A stretch of DNA of 64,000 nucleotides from Paraspadella gotoi. Its lineage: Eukaryota; Animalia; Chaetognatha. The translations under genes and the position numbers were made by a program. The notes under the pieces are model-generated. The model was not told the DNA's origin, did no database searches, and saw only the letters and a list, made by a program, of their open reading frames with translations. This document shows, piece by piece, positions 12,281 to 25,994 of this stretch (position 1 is its first letter; every line of letters begins with the position of its first letter). Where the stretch lies: NCBI GenBank assembly GCA_051294375.1, contig CM119265.1, positions 10,619,042 through 10,683,041 of the forward strand. The letters run 5' to 3'.

Positions 12281-13556
12281 CTCCGCGTGTTGGATTCTCC
12301 TTACTCTTCCTCTACTATCCTCCGTCTTCCAAGTCGCTCTTCCTTCTCTTTATCCTCTGTGCGTTGGTTATAAAATCGTTTCTTCCCGAGTGTTTACAGT
12401 CGAATCGCATGATGATTACCTCACTTTTTCACTTTTTCCAACAAAAAACCCGAAAGCGGAAACGAGGAAAGCAATGAAGAAGGAAAATACTCCCGGTAAA
12501 ATGCGAAGAGGGCGTTTTCATGCCGGCCGAATTTCTCTCTCTCTCTCTCTGACCTTCCGTTTTTCTTATAACTAAAGAACCACGATAAAAATCAACTTGC
12601 GGCAAAATTGAAATATCAAATTCAAATTTTTTTCGAAACAAAAATCGAGAGAAAATCCGGCAAATTAAAAACAAATGAACGTAATCCTTGGAAACCACGA
12701 CGACATTCTTCGTAAGCGTATTCTGTAACCAAATCTTTGCAATAACAAGCAATAACAAGCTTTTTATTTTTTCGAAAAATTTTAAACATAGAAAAATATT
12801 TAACTTTTAGTAAAAGGAAACCACAATGATTACTTGAGAGACTTGTCGAACTAACGACTTTAAAAAAGTCATTTTAACGCAATTTTACGGTTTTTTTAGC
12901 TTAGTTTATTTTCTATATCATGAAGCTCAAGTTACCATGTCTATTTAGAACCTACAATAAAATAAAATAGAATCGAAAAAAAAAAATTTGTTGCGTCAAT
13001 TTGCATTGAATTTTTATTTCGTTTGCTTTTTCTGTCTGAGCAAAGGACGATTGGCACGAAAGTTGAGACGACGACGACGACGACGACGACGACGACAAAC
13101 TCAGTAACGTTGTTGTTTTCCTTCTGCTGGTCGTTTTTCTGCCTCAGGATTTTCCGACTTCTCGCGATGGAATTTCTTTTTTCGTCCACTCGAAGGTCAA
13201 CGACCTTTTTTTTTTCTCTCCTCTTCTTTCTCGACGGAATATTTTTATTCTTGAACAATCGAATTATAAAGAGAAAAAAAAAAAAGGTGACTGCTGCTGA
13301 ATATTCGGATGCCCATTTGTTGAGTAAATTACTCGAGTAAATTTAGTAATTTATAGAAAATTAATTTGATTTATTGTAAAGTAAGAGCGTTTATCTTCTT
13401 CTTCTTCAGCAATAAAATTTTCGGATTCAGCAACCGAGTTAATTTTTTTTCTTTTTCACCAACGTGATTTTTAGTTTTCGGTCGCCATCCAGAGTTTTTT
13501 TTTCCTCTTGGATAGGATTACATTTTATTTTCAAATCGGTTCTTCGATCATTATGC

Positions 13557-13632
<76 letters not shown>

Positions 13633-14924
13633 TCTCTCTCTCTCTCTCGCCTCCTCTCTTTCGCTCTTTCTCTTCTCTCGTTCTCTTTCGCTCTCTCTCT
13701 CTCTCTCTTTTCTCTCTCTCTCTCTCTTTCTCTCTCTCGTCTTTTCTTTCTTCCTCTCTATTTCTCAACAAAATGATTAAAGAACTTTTTTTTCTCTTAT
13801 GCTTCCGACGACGATGACGTCGACGACAAAGACGACGACGATGTGGTCAGGTCCTTAAGTTTGGAAGTGTATCGTTATCCAAAGAGGCTCCACACCAGAC
13901 GTCCAAACGTACAACGAACCAATCTATCAAAGCCGAGATTAGAACAATAAACATGTCTCCGTTGTCAAATATAGGTCAACAAATTAAAAACGCGAGTCAT
14001 CATAAGTGGTTATTCAGTACGTAACATGTGGAATATTCGTTCGGTTGCTAAAAATAAAACATTACACTTCCATATCTGTAATTTCAACATTCTGGATTTC
14101 AACATGTAATCTTTTATTAAACGATGACTGATCCAGTTTTGCGTCCTTGAAAAATGACAATGCTGATCCAATATCAGATTACGACGCAAACGAGGTCACA
14201 TCGTGATTCCATCCAACGTAACATGAGGCTCACGATCTTAGCCTAAGATTTAGGGAAAGGGGTCAACGACCAACGCTAATTTTGTCTAAGAGGATCTGGA
14301 TATTATATGAATTATTATATGAACGAGAATTTGTACAATTGATAAAAAAATTTATGCATTTAATTATAAAATAAGCTAACTTTGGTATGATTTTGTAACA
14401 TAGCAGGTTTGCTAAGGTGAAGTGGTAGAGTATTTCTATGAACAATTGCATAAAGGACCATTCCCTTAGAAATAACCGGGTAATGTTCGGAAGCGAATTA
14501 GTTCGATGATTGATATCTTGGCATCGGCTGACAACTCCCACAAGGATGATTACGATGATGACGATGATGACGATGATGACGATGATGATGACATTCTCGA
14601 TCAGTGATTCAAGTCGATGAAAAACTTGAAAAGAGGAAAAAGCGAGAACCTCGTTACGATTTCTCCACATTTTTTATAAGGGGGGGAGTAGGTGGGATAT
14701 CGGGGTGTTATGGGGCGAAGGGGTGTCAAAAAAGAGGAAAGGGAAAGAGAGATTATTTTGGGGAGGAGGAAGAGAAAGAGAGGCCGTATTTTCATTCAAG
14801 CCCCATTTTTGCTTAAATTCAGAATTAAGTTATTTGTGGGTATTACAATATTTCTCTACTTAAATATTGAATTACCTGTGCATGATGTCCTTACAACAAA
14901 GAATTAAGTTAGTTTATAACTTTA

Positions 14925-15088
14925 AAGGTTAGATTTAGGATTATGGTTAGGGGATGGAGTTAATGATTAGGTTTAGGGATTAGGGTTTGAGATTAGGGTA
15001 AGGGATTAAGTTAAGGATTTAGTAAATGATTAGGGTTAAAACTAAATTCTTAATATTTTACTAAAGCCTCTACCTAATCCCTAACCTT
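14925..15088. repeat. Degenerate (TTAGGG)-like tract with short inverted tail
   Basis: GGTTAGGGG...TTAGGTTTAGGGATTAGGGTTTGAGATTAGGGTAAGGG followed by CCTAATCCCTAACC. Related tracts lie at about 16490-16550 and 53130-53180. Confidence 0.55.
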
Positions 15089-15651
15089 ATTTGGTGGGCT
15101 TTCGGAAAATAGCGCCCTATTGTATTGAGGAAGGATACGAAGGAAGCGGGAGACAATGTATTGTGGTTGGAATTTTTATAGAAAAAGATGGAAAAGGTGG
15201 GAGCGAAGAATATGGAGATAAAATGGGGAGGGGGGGGAATGGGGTTGGGGAGAAGGGATGGGTGAAGTCGCTTAGGGGGGGGGGCTGGGTGTTGGAGACT
15301 GTGTGAGTGGGCGAGGTGACTGCTGCGACTGCAGCGTGTGGGTGGCGCATGGAGGCGGGGCGAATTCAGATTCACATTCAGATTCGCATTCAGAGAAGCT
15401 GAATAAAAAAATATAAAAACTGTCGATTTTCCGGATGAGGACGATTTCGACGACGACGACGACGACAAAATGTCTGACTTTAAAAACAACGACGACGATG
15501 AGGACGACGAAAACGATTAGGTTGAGACTTGAGTCTTTCCTCTTCGTTTCTCAAATCGAAAAAAAAAAAGAGATTTTTTTGGTGGGGCGAAAAGGAAGGA
15601 GGCGAATGTCCTCCTCGTCGACCTTTTCAAATTAAAATCCAGCTACGACGA

Positions 15652-15687
<36 letters not shown>

Positions 15688-16784
15688 TGCCGGAGACGGC
15701 GACGATTTTTTGCCACCGTCGCATCGAAGAAAAGCAGGCGACAATGTTGTAAACACGACGCCAAAAATAGTAGAGGCTAAGCAAAGTGTCGGTTTCGTCA
15801 AAGACGCCAAAGAAAACCTGTGGCAACTTGTCGGCTCCGTCACAAAATACTTTGAGGCTGATATGACATGACAACGCTTGGCGGTAACTTGTCGGTTTCG
15901 CCGATTGGCGGCCACTTGTAGGCTTTGTTAAAGAAGAAGAAGACGACGAGGCCAATACCGATTGGCGGCAAGACGTCGGTTTCATAAAACGACGAGAATA
16001 GAGGGCATCTTGTCGGCTTCGTCAAATAAGAAGACGGTGAAGAACAGAATTTTTTAAGAACAAGAAAATAACAATGCAAAAGTTGACGAATATAAAAACT
16101 AGTAAGAGGAAGACGACAGACACAACGACAACAAGAAGGAAAACAACGACAAAGCGGTCGATCATTCCCATCGACGACGAAGAATGATTATGGATTCGGG
16201 GTCATCCTCTCCGAATGACCCCGTTGAATTATGCATGCGTCGCGGACCCCTTTTGTTTGCTTTTGTTTTTCTCCTCATTCGATCGCGGCGCATGAGGGAT
16301 TTTTGGTCGCGAGACCCAAGCCTTGTTCTTTTTTTTTTTTTTTTGGTTCTCGCTTTAGTCGTCGCTCTTTTGTTTTTTCTTGATTTCCTTTCACTTTTTT
16401 GCCATATTTTTCTAAAAGCGCTCATTTCATCTTAAATACGTAATAATGTTAGTTTTTTGTTATAAAAATTAGTTGGTACAAGGAATTATGGTTTGGGTTT
16501 AAGGTTAGAGTTGGGGATTAGGTTATATTTTTGATATTAGATTAGTGTTAAATATTAAGTTTAAAATAAGTTCATGCATTAAGGAAAAAATATTCGGAAA
16601 AGACATACTTTTTTGTATGGGTGGAAGGGGGGGGGGTTCGTCGCGCATCGTTCGTCGCTATGGTAACGACGTCGATGATAAAGAGCGTGAAGGGAAAAAC
16701 TTTCTAATTAGACCGAATTAACTCCGCTTTTTAGGCTCATCTTCTTGAAAGGCGGCTACTTTCCTTTTCGATCGATGCACGCAA

Positions 16785-16832
<48 letters not shown>

Positions 16833-16840
16833 AGAGGGAG

Positions 16841-16891
<51 letters not shown>

Positions 16892-18015
16892 TTTTGCGTG
16901 TTAAAGAAAGTCGAAAACTTGGATGTGGTTGCGTTTTCGTTTTTTCCGATAGATCCACAGTTCCAGACTTTGGCTGCTCTAACTCAAAACTCAGTTACCT
17001 GCAAATTGTTTTTTCCTTTTCGTTTTTGTTTGTTTTTCTTTTTTTCTTTTTTTTTTTTTTTGCTTCGAATCAAAGAGTTAAAAAAAAGAAAAGGATTTCT
17101 CACGCATCGAACGCATCGAACACGAAACAAGGATTCGATAATTAAATGAAAGATCGAATCGTATTTTTATTGGCGTTATATAACCGCCAGTAAAACTAAA
17201 CTTGACTGAATGTATAATAAGCGAAGGAAAATAGTTTTTTATTCTTTTCGGAAACATCTTTCTTCTTGGCGTTTCTTTTAACATTAACTAGTAAAAACTC
17301 GAACATGTTTTTACTAATAAATGCCGCAATGAATCAACGAAGCGGCTTTGCTAAAATTTTCCGAACCAAAACGATCCACTCGAATCGAAATCATCTTAAC
17401 GCGCGTTTCTTCTGAAGGCCTCCATTCAATTTACAAACGATGGTACCGGAAAACACGGTACTAAAATATAACGTTTAAACTGCTATAACTTAAAGAATTA
17501 AATGTAAATTAGTACAACAAATTATACCGTTCATTTAATAAATAAGCTATATGAATTTGGGCATAAATACGATAGCATGGTCTTGCAAGCTTTCGATCAA
17601 GACTCTCACACAGCTAGTAATATTCACTTTCAGAGTACCTGGCATTCCTATATTTTTTAGAAGAGTTTATATGAAATAAGTACAATGCAATATTTCAATA
17701 AATTTATTTCAAGAAGTTGTCTGCTCAATATGTTGTAATAAATTGAGAAAAAAATTTTCCATTAAGTTTTTCAGCTTTTAATCTTTAACGACAGAAACGA
17801 ACAAATGCATTAATCTTATCAGATTCTCACAAGCGAAATTTAAAAAGGAGAGAAGGGGAGGGGGGAGTAAGGGGGAAAATTGTTCCCTTAGCGGCAAAAT
17901 GTGCTCGGTGTTTGATTTATTTTTTGCCGCGAGTGAAAACTAATTTGCTTTCTGCATTATTTCTTTCGAAGCTGTTTGCTCTTCAGTTATTTCCAGAGGG
18001 TTTTTTTCTTTTACT

Positions 18016-18047
<32 letters not shown>

Positions 18048-20874
18048 TGCTCTCTTTCTCTGCTCAGTTCTCTCTCTCTCTCTCTCTCTCTCTAACGAAA
18101 ATTTTAAAAAATGTTTTCATACATTTATCTCATAAGCTTAAGGGTCTATCATGTAAAAGGAATTCGAAATGGTGATAGTCATTAATTTTTACTTCGCGCG
18201 GGAAAGTGGGGAAAAAATTCCCTCTCCTTGTTTGGCAATTCGAACAAGGACAGAGATATGTTATTGAAAATGTTTTTTAATTGAAATCTCCCCTAAATAC
18301 TGATACCCTCCATTACTCTACTTTCATACTTGGGAAGTCATTTTTTCGCCATGAATTTGGAATTTTATTTATTTTTTAATGCAGAAAAAGCTGAATTCTT
18401 GGGTCTGGGCCTTCCTCTGATAAAGGAATGTTTAATAGTGATATCATCTCCTCATACACGCACAGGAAAGGCAGAAAAAAAGGTCAAATCCCTCTTAAAA
18501 TTCAAAACAAGGATGTCATTTCATTTGGTAAACATTCTCATGCCTTGTGATATCTTCCGGTTTCTCGTTGACTGTAGTTGCACAGATTTAATTTTAGGAG
18601 AGATAAAGAGCGAATTCCTTCTTCTCATACTTGTATAATGTTGGAGTTTCGTTTCTATCCAATTAGTGAATTTGATTTGAAAATAAAAATGATTTAAAAT
18701 TTATCCTTACCGATAATTTTTAACTATCCCAATTTTTTTCCTTTTTTTATTTTTTGAAGAAAAAAAATAATCAGCGTAAACGAAGGTGCCCGGCGACGGA
18801 AAGTGATGACTCACATCGTACGGAAAAGACTGGACATAATTTCCAACAATAAAAATGGAGATATTGGATGCTAAAAATCTTATTATAAAGTTAGTAAATA
18901 TGAATGAATAAATTTAACTCTTAATTAGGAAAGCCGCTATATAAAAAGAAGGCCAGTGACTTTTTTCTTATATATTGTTTATATTCGATAGAGTGGAATA
19001 AACGGGAATATTGTAAATCTCAAGTTTTCGCTTTAATCGGACCTCACATTGTGGAGAAATCCTTAGGAAACCCGATCTATATAATTCCACCGCCTTTTTT
19101 CAACATTCTCTGCCTTTTAAGATTTTCGGCGATTCTGATCCTTTACAAACTTATAATTCCGCTAGTTAATTTTTTTTTTCTTAAAACGAGCGAAGGATAT
19201 CCATAACTTTCTGTTATTTTATGATTTCTGCGTAAAAAATATAATGAAATAACATTAACATTGGATATTATGAAAGTAAAATGTCTTGTTGAAGCCTGTG
19301 AGAGTTAAAATAATTAAAAGATTTCTGCCTATTTTATTATTGAAAAATGAAGCATTAAAGTGAAGTAGTTGAACGTCTTCCAGCTCATTTCAGTAAACAT
19401 TCCCTGTTCTCTAACATAAAATAAATGTTTTACTTTTTTGCTGGTGGAAAAGAAAGATAAATAGTTTAGGCTGTAGAATGGGGGAATAATATTTTGTAGA
19501 ATTTTGTAAGCATGCTTGTAATATCAGTGAAGCAAATATTTAAGTGAAAAAAATTATATTTCTTTATCGCAAAAACTTTAAAGTTTTTTAACCTATAGTA
19601 ACAATTTAGCCTTTTTTCTTTCAGAAAATCACTAAAAAGAAATTTAATTTTCATTTTATTTTTAATGGGGTTTTCATTAGTTTTATAAATTCATATAATT
19701 TTTGACATTAAGTTTGACAGCCTGCACCCTGTAAAGAGGTTTCAGCAAAATAATTCTAATATTTGTTAACTTGTATGTGCCCTAATGATTATGGCTTCAT
19801 TTTGGTAACTATTGCCATCCCTGTATCTTTGGTTCCTTCAAGAGATATCCAGGAAAAATCAGTTTTTGCTCTCACCTTCCTTTTAATTTCTTATTAAATA
19901 AAAAATTTCAATGTTGTCAAACCAGACCAATTGGAACTTTAACAATGTTGGTTACTAATGAAGAGTTTGGTTCAATAATGAAAAAGTAAAAATTTGGCAA
20001 GCTGCTGAGACAAGAGCTTTTTAATCTCAAAATTCGAAGTAATATTTATAATGTTAACATACCCTAGCCGCGGCGTTTACAATTTTTTAAAAAGCAAAAA
20101 TTTTCCCTTTCATTTCTATAGTAAAAAACAAGGTTTGAAATTCTCCGGAAGATGACTGTGCATTTCCCCTGGCTTGTTTTGATATTAAATCCTTTATCAA
20201 ATGCCATAAGCGAATTTGGATAGGCTCTTTAAGATATAACGCTATCGAATCGTGTGGTTTTTAACAAACTGTTTTTTACCCCGCGATTTCTGCAATCTCG
20301 TTTGCAATTTGGGTAGTCCAGATTTTAACGGAAAATCTCTATTAGAAAAATGTTGAATTTTTTTTAAGGGCGAGATTCTCGTCTACTCTTAACCAATATT
20401 TTAACAGAAATAGAAGACGACCAGCAAATTTACGTCTGCGAGGCTAATGAATTTCAAAATCAAATTATTAATAAAATGAAATGCATATTGGTTTCATTAT
20501 ATTTTTTTCCTTTCTCTCTCATTTCTATCTCACTTCGTGTGTAATAAATTTCTAATAAAAGAATTCAATTGAACAAAGTGTTCGCCTTCGGTTTCTATCA
20601 TCTTTTTCGTCAAATCGGTTGTTGAGAGAGAGAAGAGAGAGATGAGTTGGTTTTGTCCTTCGTTCTTTCAGCAGTCAGTTTTCATCGTCGTCGTTTTCAC
20701 CGAATTTTCTGTTTCTAAAAATTCTTTCGAATCCTAAAAAAACCCCAAACTTTAGAAATTATTGAACCGGTTAAATCCAGTGGATTATTCACGGTAAGTT
20801 CGTTCATTTTAAAGTATGACTCTTCTCTTTCTCTCTCTCTCTCTCTGTCTCTCTCTCCTCTCTTTAACTTACAC

Positions 20875-22430
20875 AGTTTCGTCGTCGTCTTCACCGTCGT
20901 CGTCATTTATCAACCGTCATTTTCCACGTCAATTTTCGTCCGTCGTTTTCGCGTCGTTTTTCACGTCATTTTCGTCCATCGTTTTTTGTAATCTTTTCGT
21001 CGTCGTTTTCGTCGTAATTTTTGTCGTCTTCGTCGTCGATCGTTGTCTTCGGTCGTCATCGGTCGTCCATTCTTACGTTGTTTTTGTCGTGTCTTCAATC
21101 GTTTTTCGTTGTCGTTTTTCGTCGTCGTCTTCGTCATTGTTTTCTTTGTCGTTTTCGTTCGTCGTTTTCATCGTTGTCGTTTTCGTTATAATAAATTTAT
21201 AGGCAATTTGGTGTTTCAGTTTACAACAAATTTTATATTCAAAGAAACGTTTCAAAACGTTTCGGCTTTGAATGCAAGCCCTCATCAGCGTCAAATAATT
21301 GTGAATTGTTAGACAGTTTTTTGTTGTGCAAAGAAGCGGAGAGAGAGTGAGAGAAAGAGAGAGAGAGAGAGAGAGAGTAGGGCAAAGTTTCCCAACCAGA
21401 GTTGAGAAGAATAGTGCATCAAGTGGTGAGGAAACCAAATTGCCCTCCAATACACATAAACAACGAAAAAATGAAAGGGTTATACCACTAATGTCATAAA
21501 TTTATAAAATAAATCACTTGACAGTGATTTATGAGCTCATCTTTACCGTCATCTTACACCATCGTTTTCGTCTTCGTTGTTTTCGGCTTCATTCTTTTTC
21601 GTCGTCTTCGCCGTCGTTTTTCGTCTTCTTTGTCTTTTTCGTCGTCGGTTTGGTCTTCCTCTTTCATCGTCGTTTTCGTCTTTCGTTTGTCTTTTTCGTT
21701 GTCGGTTTTGTCTTCTCTTCTCGTCGTTTTCGCTCTACTTTTTTTCGTCATAATTCGCCGTATTTTTTGCATTTGTTTTGTCGTTTTGTTGTCATAATCA
21801 GCAATAAAATGTCATTATTAACTTATTAATCTGTACCTAAATCCCCCGCGTGCTTGCTTAAATTTGCAAACTCTCTCTATTCCGAAGTCTTTCTTTCTTT
21901 CTCTCATGCTTTCTTTCTCTCTCTCTTTTTTGCTGCCGTAATTCTTTGTGTCTTTTTTCTTCTCATATTTTTTGTCATGGTGCTTCGCCTTCGTTTTGTC
22001 GTCTTCTTCGTCGTTGTCGTGCGTCTTTGCTGTCGTTTTCGTCATCGTCTTTGCTTGTCGTTTTCGTCGTCGTTTGTTGTCGTCTTCTTCGTTGTCGTTT
22101 CGGCGTTTTCTGTTTTGTCATCCTTATTGTTTGCGTCGTTCTTTGATGTTTTTGTTGTCGTCTTCACGTTGTCTTTTCGTCGCTTGTTATTGTTGTGCAT
22201 CTTCGTCGATTATCGTCATTATCGTTGTTGTCATTTGTCTGTTGTTGCTTTCATCATTGTTTTTGTTGTTGTTGTCGTCTATGTTAATCATTGTTTGCAT
22301 CGACGTTTCGTCGTTGTTTTGTTTTGTTATCCATTTTTTTCGTCTTCGCCTGTCGTTTTCTCAATCTCTATTCTATTGGTCTTTGGTCTTTTTCGTCTTT
22401 TTCGTTATGTTCGTTGTCGTCATTGTCGGA
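20875..22430. repeat. Cryptic (GTC/GTT/TTC)n low-complexity tracts
   Basis: Strand-asymmetric degenerate trinucleotide sequence that produces spurious F/V/S/R-rich ORFs. Confidence 0.7.
21220..21435 (-). mobile_element. Hammerhead-bearing short repeat (Penelope pLTR-like), degenerate ribozyme
   Basis: The minus strand reads GACG-CTGATGA-GGGCTTGCATTCAAAGCC-GAAA-CGTTTT at 21292-21254. Flanks align with 35945-36160 (GGCAAAGTTTCC..CAGAGTTGAGAA..AATAGTG). Confidence 0.65.
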
Positions 22431-23651
22431 TTTCAAGAATTAATTTTTTAGTGTAAAGTTGGAGAAACTAAAAAAAAATCTATACCATCTTTAGCGTGAA
22501 AGAAAAAATCGAACTTGGAAAAGATTTGCCCCTTACCGAATTTTTTAAAACAAAAATAGGCGCGCTGCACACATCGAATTTTTTGACAACTTTCCATGGA
22601 CTAGAGAAGAAAGAATTACATTTTTTGAATGCGGGGGAGATTGAAGACCAAACGTTATGATATCAGCCTTTTACCCCCCCTGACCTCCCTCGATCACTGG
22701 GTTCCCTTAAATGTTTGGTTATCCTTTCATTATAGTTTTGCAACAAACAAAAACTCTCCTTATAAAACCTCTCTCTCTCTCTCTCTCTCNNNNNNNNNNN
22801 NNNNNNNNNNNNNNNNNNNNNNNNNNNNNNNNNNNNNNNNNNNNNNNNNNNNNNNNNNNNNNNNNNNNNNNNNNNNNNNNNNNNNNNNNNNNNNNNNNNN
22901 NNNNNNNNNNNNNNNNNNTTCTCAATTAGCCATGATTCTCTTTTTATTTTCCTTTTGTTTTTTATTCTTAATTCAATTCTCTTTTACGAGGCGATTCAGA
23001 AATATTTCACTGTATGCGATTTTATTTGTCAAACATTTTTTTCTTTTGTGGTCGAAACCGCAAACGATTTATTTTCGTTTTCTCTCTTTTCAAGTGAAAG
23101 AATAAAAATGCCAAATGTGATTGAAAGTTAAGCCTCTTTCGGCTTTTCTTAAAAGTTAACTATAACATGAAATAATGTCAGTAATATATAGAATATATAC
23201 GCGGACTTTACGCGGTGTTGCGAGCGCACACCCCGAGTAAAACTAAAGTTAAATTCAATTTGGAAAACCATTTTATTAATTTCCTTAAGGACTTTTAAGT
23301 GTAAAGCGTTCAAAGAAAGAAGACATGATTAAATTTGTTGCTGTTACATAAAATATCAAAAGAAAGTTTTTAGTCCTCGGAATCGGTAATAATCGTAAAT
23401 AATTATCAAAAAACAACTCAAGCTTGTTTCATTTTTGTTTTCATCTTTAAAAAAAATTCATCTTCTATTAACGATCGTCGGTTCGCCTTTTCGAGTTTCA
23501 AATGAAATTTAATTATTATGCAAAAATACTCGGATTTAATTCAGAGAAAAATCAACAAACAAACAAACGAAAAAGCAATTTGCGACAATTTCGAAACAAG
23601 AAAAAAAGGCGAAGACGTTGAAAGATCTCTCGTTAATTGAAAATCTCAAAT

Positions 23652-23684
<33 letters not shown>

Positions 23685-24138
23685 TGGGCCAAGAGAAATC
23701 GGAAGAGCAAAGTTGTGGGCGGACAAAGAGAAAGTGGTGGAGGAAGTGGCAAGAGGAGATGAAGGTTGTGGGGCGGAGAAAGAGGAAAGGTTGTGGGCGG
23801 AGGAAGCTGAGGAGATGTAGTTCGTGGGCGTATAAAGAGAAAGTAGAGGCGACAGGTTGTGGGAGATGTGGCGGAAGTTGAAGGCGGGGATGGATGGCGT
23901 CGCCGAAAGATGTTGCCGACTCGACGCGTCGAGGGGAAAGAAAATTCTCCGGAGAAATATAACCGACAGGAAGAGAAAAGGAAAATGAAAAAAAAAGAAG
24001 AAAAACGAGAAAAATGAAAATAGAAAAAAAAAGGTGGAAACAGCGAGAGTGAAAAAGGGTGAAGACGATGAAAGGGAAAAGTGAAAACAAAAACAAAAAG
24101 AATAACAAACAAACGATAAGAGAGGGGAGAGGTAGAGG

Positions 24139-24169
<31 letters not shown>

Positions 24170-25721
24170 AGAGGATGAGAGAGAGAAGAGAGAGAAGAGA
24201 GAGATGAGAGAGAGAGAGGAGGGAGAGAGNNNNNNNNNNNNNNNNNNNNNNNNNNNNNNNNNNNNNNNNNNNNNNNNNNNNNNNNNNNNNNNNNNNNNNN
24301 NNNNNNNNNNNNNNNNNNNNNNNNNNNNNNNNNNNNNNNNNNNNNNNNNNNNNNNNNNNNNNNNNNNNNNNNNNNNNNNNNNNNNNNNNNNNCAATCTTT
24401 CACCTTTTCTGCCTTTTCTTTCTCCAGACCACAACCTAATCTCTCCACAATACACACTAACCTTTAGAGTCCACACTTTCGCCTCATCAAACCCAGTTTG
24501 ACAAGACAACGACAACAACGACAACAAAATAGACGCGGACGAAAACCGATTCTCTTTTTAGCAACAGAAGCAGCGACTCAATGAGGTGGTTGGATGTCTG
24601 TCAATCTCGTTTCGGTCTTTAGAAAAAAAATAATTAAAATTATTAGCAAAACACCGTATAATTAATATAATAAAAATCATCAGGTCTTTGTGCTGAAGAA
24701 ATTTTACAAATATCACGAAAGACAACTAAACATAAATATTTACTAAAAGATCAAAAATATAATGATTGAAAATTTGAAGCGGCACAAAAACTTTTCGCTG
24801 TTGCTAAAAATCCAAAAAGATTACAATTGACTTTTCTATTGAGACATAAAACGGTTGACTTCGCAATTCCCGTTGATCTTGTTCCACTTTTTACTTACGC
24901 CATCAACTAAATAAACTCTTCTCCCTCACCCTCCATCCTTCTGCAGTCTTCCATAGGCGCTGATGTCTCGAACAAGGTGGCCAAAGGTGGCGTGAAATGT
25001 GGCAAGAATGGCGAAAAATTGGCGCGATATACATGAAAACGTGGAGACACCGAAAAGGACGAGCGAAGTGTGCAGAAAATTATAATGGATTCGCGCAGTG
25101 TGCCGAGACGCTAGAAATGACGTTCGCAATGTGCAGTCACGCCAAAGCCGCCTTAAACACATCGAAAAGACGCGCGCTCTGGGAACACGCACGCACGCAC
25201 ATAACAAACTCGGCGCGCGCAATATACACTGACACCCACGCATTTCGTTGCACGAGAATAACTTTTTTTTCACCGTCGTTCGGCCTCCGCGATTTCTTTC
25301 CCACCCACACTTTATCGAATCGCCAACTCGCAGATGCCAGCGAACGATTGGCGCGAGACCCAATTAATCGCCATCCACTGGCGTCGGAGAAATCAATGGC
25401 CACCTACTCACGTTGAAGCAAATAATTGTCTTTTGCCGGCTCTATTGCCACCCAGTGACGTCGAAGAGATTAATTGCCACTAACTGGCCTTGAGGCGTTG
25501 TGGCAATCAATCGCTAACCAGTGCCATTGGGACAATCAGTTCAGTTACTTACGTACATAGTAGGGAGGGCAATCAGTTATCACCTACTGGCATCGTGTTC
25601 CCTCACCCATACCGACCCAGTTCTCACTCACTCACCCTCGGGCCCGTTTCGCTCTCCTTGCTTTTTTATCGACGAATCACATCACTGATTCGGTCTAACC
25701 GTCGCAACAATTTTTTTCGTG

Positions 25722-25769
<48 letters not shown>

Positions 25770-25948
25770 GTCTCATCTCCATCTAACGCCAAATTATCAT
25801 CCGGGACAATATTTCACCGCAAATTTCTTTTCGGAAGTCGGAAGAACGAAGAGTGAAAATATGTGATTGACAGAGGTGATAAAAAAGATTTCCTCATTTG
25901 TCGAGCGGAAGGGACACTGACAAACGAGGAGAGAGAGAGAGAGCAGAG

Positions 25949-25994
<46 letters not shown>

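Noticed and set aside
14925-15040. Telomere or interstitial telomeric array
   Set aside because: Highly degenerate and short, and it recurs internally elsewhere, so it is more consistent with a repeat-borne simple sequence.
23536-24527. Overlapping ORFs of 190-293 aa
   Set aside because: They run through an N gap and (AG)n tracts and have no recognisable domain.
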